DNA of 64,000 bases from positions 76,729 to 140,728 of the IMG/VR virus record IMGVR_UViG_3300010413_000018; one strand, given 5' to 3'. Shown one piece after another: positions 57,074 to 64,000 of the stretch (its first letter is position 1; every line of letters starts with the position of its first letter). Both the position numbers and the translations under genes were made by a program. Under the pieces are notes generated by a model. The model was given only the letters and a program-made list of their open reading frames with translations, made no database searches and had not been told where the DNA came from. This DNA comes from a virus.

Positions 57074-57633
57074 TCTTCAAATAGGCTAGCTATAGTAGAC
57101 TGCGTCGGCCAGAACTTTCCAAGTATCGCCGTATACGCGGTTATATGCTGTGTGTAATCAGGATGCATTAATTGAAAAATTGAAGACAGCTCAACTTCAA
57201 CTTCACCGCTACTGTCGCACAACGGGCAATCAACGAACTCTTCCCAATAGCACACGTGACTGTTAGTGCCGTCATAGTAGTCGCCAGGCGAAAACTCCCC
57301 AGCCGATATGCTAACCGGTTTAGTGTTTTCTTTTGGAGTCCGCACTGAGCAGTTTCCAAAGCAAAGTGGACATGTGACTTTATTTTGCATGGCGCTTGCA
57401 TGGCGCATATTAAAATTAAACTGTAAAATATTCTTTGTCTTCAAGATTAAAACATGGCCAAACCGCAGTACAAACGCCACGTACTTTTCTTCTGATAGTA
57501 AACCAGTTCCGTTGCATAGTATGCACTTTACGCTGCCAATGTTACTGGCTTGGCTCACGCGAACCACATACTTTTTAAATGGAGCTATTAGTTTAGTCCC
57601 AGCGCACATGGGACAAGTTACGCGCTTATCCAT
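57049..57633 (-). CDS. Zinc-knuckle family, two units fused in frame
   Basis: CPMC...CILC...YVAFVLRFG then MQNKVTCPLC...CPLC...LSSIFQLMHP; internal ATG at 57390. Confidence 0.8.
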   Translation of the reverse strand: MDKRVTCPMCAGTKLIAPFKKYVVRVSQASNIGSVKCILCNGTGLLSEEKYVAFVLRFGHVLILKTKNILQFNFNMRHASAMQNKVTCPLCFGNCSVRTPKENTKPVSISAGEFSPGDYYDGTNSHVCYWEEFVDCPLCDSSGEVEVELSSIFQLMHPDYTQHITAYTAILGKFWPTQSTIASLFEEWGRMCQK

Positions 57634-57866
57634 TTAGATGTATCCCGTTGCAACTGTTTAAGTGCTATCACGTCAATAATCCACTCATCGCCAAACCACA
57701 AAATGTAAGCACTGTGATGTTCCACGCTTATTACACCAGCACTGCCACACAACAAACATGGAAGCGTACCTTTTTGACTGCCGGCAACAGTGCGAACAAT
57801 GTTATGCCCAAACGGTATTACTTTCTTAGTACCATCACACATCGGGCACCGCACTTTTCCTTTCAT
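57618..57866 (-). CDS. Zinc-knuckle variable-loop family member
   Basis: CPMC...CLLCGSAGVISVEHHSAYILWFG. Confidence 0.8.
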   Translation of the reverse strand: MKGKVRCPMCDGTKKVIPFGHNIVRTVAGSQKGTLPCLLCGSAGVISVEHHSAYILWFGDEWIIDVIALKQLQRDTSKWISA

Positions 57867-58057
57867 GACCGGTCCTTATAAACGTGAGGGCGCGCGATCC
57901 GATCTCTGCGTTCTAAGTCTTCCCAATCATACTCCGGTGATGGAAGCTCGCGCTTTATCTGTTGAATTAATTCTGCAGTGTGCCGTAGATTGCTGCAACT
58001 ACGACATTGGCAATCCGGCCAGTCTATAGTACGCTCAACCACCATAGCGCTCCCCAT
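57863..58057 (-). CDS. Hypothetical protein (start uncertain)
   Basis: CQCRSC motif; stop overlaps the next ATG. Confidence 0.45.
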   Translation of the reverse strand: MGSAMVVERTIDWPDCQCRSCSNLRHTAELIQQIKRELPSPEYDWEDLERRDRIARPHVYKDRS

Positions 58058-58134
58058 ACAACCGCGATCTCAATAAGACCAACTGCCAGCACTACCCAAT
58101 CTATTTGTGTGTCAACTTCAAATTGAATTTTCAT
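58024..58134 (-). CDS. 36-aa membrane peptide (not in ORF track)
   Basis: ATGA overlap, GGAGG RBS; MKIQFEVDTQIDWVVLAVGLIEIAVVWGALWWLSVL. Confidence 0.55.
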   Translation of the reverse strand: MKIQFEVDTQIDWVVLAVGLIEIAVVWGALWWLSVL

Positions 58135-58436
58135 CTTCTGGCCTCCATCGCATTGATCACAACTTCCATAGTTATAGGTATATGTTCTCGTCTATACAGA
58201 TCATAGCCGTAATTTGGTGCTAACAAACGAAACGCGATCTCTACTACGCGCTTAACCATATTGGTTCCAGCACATAACGGACAACTCACGCACGGCCAAC
58301 CAATTGTGTTTCTGCTCTTACCAGGTGAATCAAAAATTGTCGATAAAATATATTGACTCTGCGGTCCAATCCGAACATGCCCTAACCCATTACACATAGG
58401 GCACTGAACTAACTTATTTTCATATTCTTCTGTCAT
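58131..58436 (-). CDS. Zinc-knuckle variable-loop family member
   Basis: CPMC...CPLCAGTNMVKRVVEIAFRLLAP. Confidence 0.8.
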   Translation of the reverse strand: MTEEYENKLVQCPMCNGLGHVRIGPQSQYILSTIFDSPGKSRNTIGWPCVSCPLCAGTNMVKRVVEIAFRLLAPNYGYDLYRREHIPITMEVVINAMEARR

Positions 58437-59032
58437 TGAATAACTCGCAGCTTAGGCCAAGTTTCTAACCACCGCTTATCACGGATCCGCGCCTCAAATA
58501 TGTTGCGCTCTTTTATTACACACTCCAATTCGAGCGCCCAAAGCGACTCCAGCCCGTAGCCGGTTATGATCATCAACCCAGTTTTATCCAGCCTGCAGGC
58601 AACCGCAGTAGCCTTGTCCACCCACGTTGTAATAGCATGGCCCATGTTACGATAAGGATTCCGGTTCAAAAATCTGTGAGCGCGCGCTTGATTTATTACT
58701 TCCCAATTAACCGTGGGTTCTATTGCAACCAGCTTATCCTGAAAATACTCGTCATAGTACGGCTGAACGCGGTTTACGTCAAACCACACTACATCCACGT
58801 CGTTCAACGGCGTGCGCACCTTGTAACCGTGCAGATGATCCCACACCAAGTTTCTAATTATACCGCCTCCAATGTAAAACGCTGGATTTAACTCCTTTAT
58901 TGCTTCTAAGCACCGAACGCACAACGGGTCGTTCAAAATAAGCCTAGCCGTCTTTTCAAATAAACACTTCACGCTAAGTACTCCGGATGTATTCAACGTC
59001 TTTGGGAGTAGGTAAATCCCAAGTCGGTGCAA
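58433..59032 (-). CDS. Nucleotidyltransferase (NTP_transf_6 / DUF925 type); start uncertain
   Basis: IGGGIIRNLVWD...NDVDVVWFD...WEVINQARAH...KRWLETWPKL. Confidence 0.85.
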   Translation of the reverse strand: MHRLGIYLLPKTLNTSGVLSVKCLFEKTARLILNDPLCVRCLEAIKELNPAFYIGGGIIRNLVWDHLHGYKVRTPLNDVDVVWFDVNRVQPYYDEYFQDKLVAIEPTVNWEVINQARAHRFLNRNPYRNMGHAITTWVDKATAVACRLDKTGLMIITGYGLESLWALELECVIKERNIFEARIRDKRWLETWPKLRVIQ

Positions 59033-59096
59033 AAGTGATACGTAGGAAACGCTGTTTGAAGCTTAACGACAAACTGATTTAGGGTAGTCATAGCGT

Positions 59097-59894
59097 TTAA
59101 ACGTTGTACTTGGTTTTACCTTGTGCGACGATTGCGTATTTACTGAACGTCTTAGTAAAAACTCGATCCAGTAATGGTCGATCGTGGTCAGTGTAGCTAT
59201 TAACAAAACGGTCAGATCCGTTAATAAAACGCTGTGCTTTTTTAGGCTTAACGCCGTGCACCCGTTTAAACTCAGCGGCTACTTTTACTCCGAACGAAGA
59301 CCAATGGCGGCGAGCTTGCTTCGCAGTAAATCCACGCGACAGTAAATACCCGCTGATATCAACCAAACGCGTGCTTATTTGAGGGTCGTCACCGCTTACT
59401 AACGCAGCAGAATGTAACGCGTAGTTCTGGCAAAACTCCGGGCTTAGCGCGCCAGATTTACAAGCATCTTGAATTATTTTGTTCGCGTAGAACTGCCCCA
59501 ACATAAAATCCTTACGGTCATTAGCCAGAGCACTCGTGTCGGTAGTTGGTTTAATAAAATGATTGCGCAGCACAGTAGCGCACTCGCACTGATACCGTGC
59601 TAGCTTAGGCTTCAACGCGGAGTTTACTTTGTTGGCCGAAATTGTAGCAAGCCACATCGGTAGCGCGTCGAGGTCGATCATCACATTTTTGTACTGTTTT
59701 CCGTCAGTTCCAGTCGCGGTCATTTTGACCGTAACTGCCCAAGGTGCTGCTTGAAGCTTGCGGCGTTGTACGTCCGAATCAATCCCCAACGCCTTACACA
59801 CGCGCCGGACGCTGACGTAGATCTTACCGTCGACGTGTTGGGCTACTTCAAGACTGTCACCGTAAAAATCAAACTTAGTAATTTCATTGCTCAT
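59097..59894 (-). CDS. Phage antirepressor (P22 Ant N-terminal domain)
   Basis: FDFYGD...VSVRRVCKALGID...LPMWLATI...YQCEC. Confidence 0.88.
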   Translation of the reverse strand: MSNEITKFDFYGDSLEVAQHVDGKIYVSVRRVCKALGIDSDVQRRKLQAAPWAVTVKMTATGTDGKQYKNVMIDLDALPMWLATISANKVNSALKPKLARYQCECATVLRNHFIKPTTDTSALANDRKDFMLGQFYANKIIQDACKSGALSPEFCQNYALHSAALVSGDDPQISTRLVDISGYLLSRGFTAKQARRHWSSFGVKVAAEFKRVHGVKPKKAQRFINGSDRFVNSYTDHDRPLLDRVFTKTFSKYAIVAQGKTKYNV

Positions 59895-59920
59895 AAGATA
59901 GTCCCTTTCCTGTAATTAGC

Positions 59921-60187
59921 TTATGGGCGCTTTGAAAAACTTTTGCGTAGCTCAGTAATTAAATCGTACGCGATCGCCATCCAGTCTTCGCAGCCGTAGA
60001 GCAATAAATACGCGGCGTTCTGTTCGTCGGTGACCAACGTCTTCCCGTAACAAAGCGGACAGCGCATCACTCGGTTACCCCAAATTCTGCTCAAGTGAAC
60101 AAGACGCTCGTAAGTATCCGGTTCAGTCGTGGTACACACCGTCCCGATTCCGTCACATACCGGGCACCGCACGCTAGGCTTACCCAT
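59921..60187 (-). CDS. Zinc-knuckle variable-loop family member
   Basis: CPVC...CPLCYGKTLVTDEQNAAYLLLYG. Confidence 0.8.
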   Translation of the reverse strand: MGKPSVRCPVCDGIGTVCTTTEPDTYERLVHLSRIWGNRVMRCPLCYGKTLVTDEQNAAYLLLYGCEDWMAIAYDLITELRKSFSKRP

Positions 60188-60464
60188 GACGTAGCCGCTC
60201 TGACGCCGCTGACACTTTGTCGTACACGCTCTGGGCCAACGCGGCGCGCTCTTCGTACAGCTCAGCCAGTTCTAGCAGTTTGCCGGCGAAATCCGGCACT
60301 GTAGTCGTCGCCGCGCGATACCGGCGATCTTCGGCCGTACTGGCGAAACAACGCGGCTCAGTGGCTAAATATCGGTGTACAGCGCTAGGCGTGGCGTAGC
60401 CGCGCGCGCGAGCGGTACGGACCGTGGCACGTAAGTATTCAAGTTCTTCTTTTGAGTATTTCAT
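60180..60464 (-). CDS. Hypothetical protein
   Basis: AGGA RBS; coupled ORF. Confidence 0.65.
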   Translation of the reverse strand: MKYSKEELEYLRATVRTARARGYATPSAVHRYLATEPRCFASTAEDRRYRAATTTVPDFAGKLLELAELYEERAALAQSVYDKVSAASERLRHG

Positions 60465-60477
60465 GTCCTACCCCTTT

Positions 60478-60789
60478 TTACGCGTTTTTGATAATGTCGT
60501 TGGCGATCTCTACGCCGCGTAAAAACGCCTCACGCTCGCTGTCGAGCATATAACCCGGAGGAGTTATAAGCGCGTCGACGTTGCCGTGCTTATTGTAAGC
60601 GCGGAGCGTGGTTTGCATGCCGTCACGCTGGGCTGTCCAGATGCGCGCGGTAGCGCGAGAATTCGCGCTATTGCATTTGGCGAGTTCAATGATCATGTTC
60701 TGTTGGTGGTCGATCAAGTATTGGATCCGTTCTACTATTTTGGCGTCGGATTTTACTGTCGCGATTCTGATTTCTGCGTTGTTGTCCAT
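60478..60789 (-). CDS. Hypothetical protein (predicted leaderless)
   Basis: ATG (MDNN) 6 nt after TATGCT. Confidence 0.65.
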   Translation of the reverse strand: MDNNAEIRIATVKSDAKIVERIQYLIDHQQNMIIELAKCNSANSRATARIWTAQRDGMQTTLRAYNKHGNVDALITPPGYMLDSEREAFLRGVEIANDIIKNA

Positions 60790-60795
60790 ATTTAT

Positions 60796-60842
60796 AGCAT
60801 AGCGCCTTTTAGGTAGAATGCAAATAAAAAGTAACAGTGCAA
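60796..60842 (-). promoter_or_regulatory. Conserved promoter, copy 3
   Basis: TTGCA-ctg-TTACTTTTTATTTGCA-N17-TATGCT. Confidence 0.8.
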
Positions 60843-60860
60843 GAAATAAAACTTGCTGGG

Positions 60861-61145
60861 CTACAGCCAATCAAGCTGCTTCATGCCGCCGTATAATTGC
60901 CTACCACGATCAGAATCTTCATCTTCAGGAGGTCCGATCATCAGAATAAAGCCAACGTACTTTTCCGAGCTGATCTTTTTAGCGCCTTTACATAACGTAC
61001 AAGGGTTTACTGGTTTATCGCGCGGTAGGCGCTCGTACTTATCCAACGGTTCGTACATGGGGCGCCCTTTGGAGTTTTTGCCTACGAAGACTAAAACTCC
61101 TCGGCCATAGCACATTGGGCACCGTACTTTGCGTTGTCTAGGCAT
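60861..61145 (-). CDS. Zinc-knuckle variable-loop family member
   Basis: CPMC...CTLCKGAKKISSEKYVGFILMIG. Confidence 0.8.
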   Translation of the reverse strand: MPRQRKVRCPMCYGRGVLVFVGKNSKGRPMYEPLDKYERLPRDKPVNPCTLCKGAKKISSEKYVGFILMIGPPEDEDSDRGRQLYGGMKQLDWL

Positions 61146-61151
61146 ATGTGC

Positions 61152-62138
61152 TTATCCGTGGCGCTTCGCTATTCGGTCTAAAAAGGCGCGCTTATACTTA
61201 CGATATTCTGGTAGCTTGAGTGCGCCTTCTAGGCTAATTGCTTCACAGTCACTACGCCTAGACCCAAAATTAGCATCGTAATGAGCAGCAATCACATACC
61301 CATGATACGCTGGGTCACCAATAACTCCGACTGCCTTGTATTTTTCTCGCACCGTTTCTACGTGCGTGTGAACAATATCTGCAATATCATGTAGCATTAA
61401 TAATTCGGTATACCGCGTAAACGGAGGTAACGAAGTGGTAAGGTCAAACCCGTCTTCTTCCCGTAAGCTTACCACTAAACGAGACGCTATTTCTAACTCG
61501 GTAGTGGGTGGGGATAACCGGCGAAGCGCTTCCAACGTTTTGTAAAACTTTTTATCAAGGCGTATTGCACGCCTTTCCGCTAAACGCTCTTCTTCTAAAC
61601 GCACCTTATTCGCTTGCGCTTCACGCCGTAGCGCCAATGTTTCTTTTTGAATGGCTAAGCGTTCATCAGTGGAGTTACTGCTATTTTGTAAAGAATAGGA
61701 TCCACCGCTGAAAATCACCGGCAGTACGTCGGTCACCAGCCAACGGCGCATCGCGACGCCTAGCGGTTGTTGGGTCTTTAGACAAACCATTAGCATACCG
61801 GAGTAAGTGAGAACGGTTAGATTCGGAGTGTTCTTAGAAATCGCCGGCCTCCACTCCTCACCACTAGAGGCTGATACGGCCTCCACTCCATTATTTTCCG
61901 CTAAAAACGTCTGAATCTCCCGACCGTATAGAACACGATAATCACCACCGGTATTTTCGCGTTCCCACTTAATAAAATCCTTTCCCCATTTACTAGAGTC
62001 CGCGATTCTATTTGCGACGTGGCGTTTGTCTGAATACCCCAAACGCGCGCTCACGTCTTGGGCGATCCACACCGGTTGATTATCCCACTTGTAGTGCTGG
62101 AGTTGTTTGCCTTCAAATAATGTTATGTCAGCTTTCAT
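61152..62138 (-). CDS. BRO-N domain DNA-binding / antirepressor protein
   Basis: PVWIAQDVSARLGY...VLTYSGMLM...MRRWLVTDVLP.I..GGSY; start refined to MKADI. Confidence 0.85.
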   Translation of the reverse strand: MKADITLFEGKQLQHYKWDNQPVWIAQDVSARLGYSDKRHVANRIADSSKWGKDFIKWERENTGGDYRVLYGREIQTFLAENNGVEAVSASSGEEWRPAISKNTPNLTVLTYSGMLMVCLKTQQPLGVAMRRWLVTDVLPVIFSGGSYSLQNSSNSTDERLAIQKETLALRREAQANKVRLEEERLAERRAIRLDKKFYKTLEALRRLSPPTTELEIASRLVVSLREEDGFDLTTSLPPFTRYTELLMLHDIADIVHTHVETVREKYKAVGVIGDPAYHGYVIAAHYDANFGSRRSDCEAISLEGALKLPEYRKYKRAFLDRIAKRHG

Positions 62139-62157
62139 AATAAGCTTTACTTTCTTT

Positions 62158-62586
62158 TTATTGTCGAACAGCAATAACTTCAAACACCGAAGTGCAGCTA
62201 TTACCAAATTCATCACGCAGTTGCATTTCTGCGGCGCCTTCAAGTCGACTGCCGGAATTATTAGTTTGGTCTGTTACCACTTCCCAAGCGCGCGCGTACG
62301 CTATTCCATTAACGAGATAGTAGCAAGTTCCAGATTTTACTAATGAGCAATAGTTATTAGACCAGTGCACATAAGTGACTTCGCAGTTTACTTCTGGCGT
62401 TGGATCTCCTATTACACTAACCGACGTTAAACTTTCGGCTGAGCTTTCCACTTGGCACCCATCATCAATTGGAATTAACTCCAACTGGTAGGCACCAGCG
62501 CGATCTTCTGGATCGCACGATACGACTTCAGCGGTGCACGCTCCTAAAAGCGTAAATAAAAGTATTCCTAAAATTAATTTCTGCAT
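62158..62586 (-). CDS. Cys-rich lipoprotein
   Basis: MQKLILGILLFTLLGAC lipobox. Confidence 0.75.
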   Translation of the reverse strand: MQKLILGILLFTLLGACTAEVVSCDPEDRAGAYQLELIPIDDGCQVESSAESLTSVSVIGDPTPEVNCEVTYVHWSNNYCSLVKSGTCYYLVNGIAYARAWEVVTDQTNNSGSRLEGAAEMQLRDEFGNSCTSVFEVIAVRQ

Positions 62587-62640
62587 TGTTATTTTCCTTT
62601 CCTAAATAGTAAATGTGCTTTCTTGAAAAGTTTTGTGCTG

Positions 62641-63021
62641 TTATCCGCTTAGGGCTTTGCGCAGTACCACCATTGCCTTTATCGTTAGCGCTCCATTTCC
62701 GCCAGCTAGAACGTACGCAGTGCACAGATCGGGTATTACTCGCCCCGTACCTTTACACAGCGGACAAGGACAAGGGACGGCGTAATAGTTTCCCATCCAT
62801 ATACGGTCTTTGTTAACCCACCCGCCGTATTTATCAACCATTTTGACAACTGGTAGGATGCGCTTTTCAAATTCTTTATTGATTTGTTGATTGGACTCCT
62901 CCCATGCCATGATTCTCAATTCCCTAGCCACGTATTCTGCAGTCCACCTATAACACGCGGGACATGTTACGCTGGCTTCGACTTGTGGTTTTTGGGCTTT
63001 CGGCTTGTGGACGTCGGGCAT
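62641..63021 (-). CDS. Zinc-knuckle variable-loop family member (longest loop, 62 aa)
   Basis: CPAC...CPLCKGTGRVIPDLCTAYVLAGG. Confidence 0.8.
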   Translation of the reverse strand: MPDVHKPKAQKPQVEASVTCPACYRWTAEYVARELRIMAWEESNQQINKEFEKRILPVVKMVDKYGGWVNKDRIWMGNYYAVPCPCPLCKGTGRVIPDLCTAYVLAGGNGALTIKAMVVLRKALSG

Positions 63022-63195
63022 ATTTTCTTAATGGGCGATTCTCGAAAAATTTAGCGCAAATTTTAAAATAGCCGATCACGAGTTTCGAAAAATTGCGCCA
63101 GTTTTTTGGAAAACCAGGACGCTCCACCTACATCGGCTAAATTGTACGTTTTTCCCCTCTCCAAATTGCCTACATATACCTACAGCTAATAGCTG

Positions 63196-63227
63196 TCGTC
63201 TAGTCGTCTAGGCGTCTAGTCGTCTAG
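63196..63227. repeat. Four tandem 8-bp repeats (T/G)CGTCTAG
   Basis: TCGTCTAG TCGTCTAG GCGTCTAG TCGTCTAG read directly. Confidence 0.9.
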
Positions 63228-63593
63228 GAGGTGGAGCGCGGTACTGAGGTAATCGTAGTCGCGCTGCAAGTCAGCCCATAATTGGTGGAGGGCAGGCGAC
63301 TGTTTAGCGTCGATGATCTCGCACAAGCGCACTACTATTTCCCGTACGCTAGGCAACTCAACGGAAAGCATGAACCACGGCGACACGTTCTCTACGTCAG
63401 GATCATACCTACTAGCCAGCGTAGTGCCTTGCCTACACAATTCTTTTATCCAATACTGGTCCATATCGCGGTACTTCTTAGCACGCCATACGCTATTCCG
63501 TAATGACTTACACAATCGACCCAGCCGTTGGGTATACTGTTGAGTCATCTCTACTGGGTGGTTAGGGTCAGGCATGGGGGCGCCGTCTTTCAT
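63216..63593 (-). CDS. Hypothetical helical protein (TAxxL-tail group)
   Basis: Start MKDGA by ATGA overlap; C-terminus DYDYLSTALHLL. Confidence 0.6.
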   Translation of the reverse strand: MKDGAPMPDPNHPVEMTQQYTQRLGRLCKSLRNSVWRAKKYRDMDQYWIKELCRQGTTLASRYDPDVENVSPWFMLSVELPSVREIVVRLCEIIDAKQSPALHQLWADLQRDYDYLSTALHLLDD

Positions 63594-63633
63594 TTGTTGA
63601 GGGTACATAGTGGGCAGGGTTGGTGTTGCAAGA

Positions 63634-63873
63634 TTACTGCTCCTTATGTAATACGTCGTACCGCAACTGCTGTAGGCGCCTGACAATATTGTGGTGCTTA
63701 CGGTAAGTCCCGTTAGCGGTAAACAATATCTCATTTTTAATCAGCCAATAAGCCGTGTCCAACGCAGTGGGCACGTAACGTTCGCCTTTACATAATGGGC
63801 ATCGGGATCTTATGTTGACGAGTACGTAATAGTCCACGCCGCTACCACCACACCACGGGCACTTACTCTTCAT
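63634..63873 (-). CDS. Zinc-knuckle variable-loop family member
   Basis: CPWC-16aa-CPLCKGERYVPTALDTAYWLI. Confidence 0.8.
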   Translation of the reverse strand: MKSKCPWCGGSGVDYYVLVNIRSRCPLCKGERYVPTALDTAYWLIKNEILFTANGTYRKHHNIVRRLQQLRYDVLHKEQ

Positions 63874-64000
63874 GACCCATCACCTCAGCCCTCAGCTTAC
63901 GTATAGCGCGCTCCAGCTCCCATGGGTCTTGGGTATTAATGAGGTTTTTACTCAAAGCGTCCACTGATAGCATAAAGGCTGACTCAAGCTCCACGGTTAC
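63863..64000 (-). CDS. C-terminal part of a further zinc-knuckle family member (starts beyond the window)
   Basis: Hand translation VTVELESAFMLSV...AIRKLRAEVMGHEE* matches the family helix. Confidence 0.65.
   Translation of the reverse strand, partial: VTVELESAFMLSVDALSKNLINTQDPWELERAIRKLRAEVMGHEE

Noticed and set aside
52775-58436. Diversity-generating retroelement or shufflon as the source of loop variation
   Set aside because: No reverse transcriptase, recombinase or near-identical template/variable repeat pair is visible, and loops differ in length. Such an element outside the window cannot be excluded.
45679-64000. Calling the zinc-knuckle genes DnaJ chaperones
   Set aside because: No J domain or HPD motif in a J context, only one CxxC pair per unit, and far too short.

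Overview
The window is a 64-kb segment of a tailed dsDNA phage with a contractile tail, almost entirely encoded on the minus strand. Positions 1-32.4 kb are the virion morphogenesis module. In order of transcription it holds an intein-containing terminase large subunit, portal, gpF-like minor head protein, XkdF-type prohead protease, scaffold, major capsid protein, a large block of decoration/fibre genes, a GH16/FN3 lipoprotein and a patatin, neck genes, sheath, tube, a frameshifted tail assembly chaperone, tape measure, a second tube-like protein and a LysM protein. Positions 32.4-33.8 kb are a four-gene plus-strand island. Positions 33.7-37.4 kb are a ParB / radical SAM / T4 beta-glucosyltransferase-like / GT2 cluster that looks like a DNA hypermodification pathway. 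Positions 37.4-64 kb are a dense accessory region. Its most striking content is an expanded family of small paralogues: 19 intact genes carrying 20 domains, one partial copy at the window edge, one decayed copy and one short remnant. They share a CxxC...CPLC zinc-knuckle scaffold and a conserved A[FY]xL helix but display a hypervariable 12-62 aa loop. A second set of helical proteins ends in a related T-A-hydrophobic-x-L helix. Other notable points are a terminase intein followed by Ala rather than Cys/Ser/Thr, a prohead protease whose last conserved motif is on the scaffold gene, and a repeated promoter that predicts leaderless mRNAs. Functional calls come from motifs read by eye; no database searches were run. 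The host is unknown; a Myxococcota/Deltaproteobacteria-like host is only a guess from the lipoprotein style.
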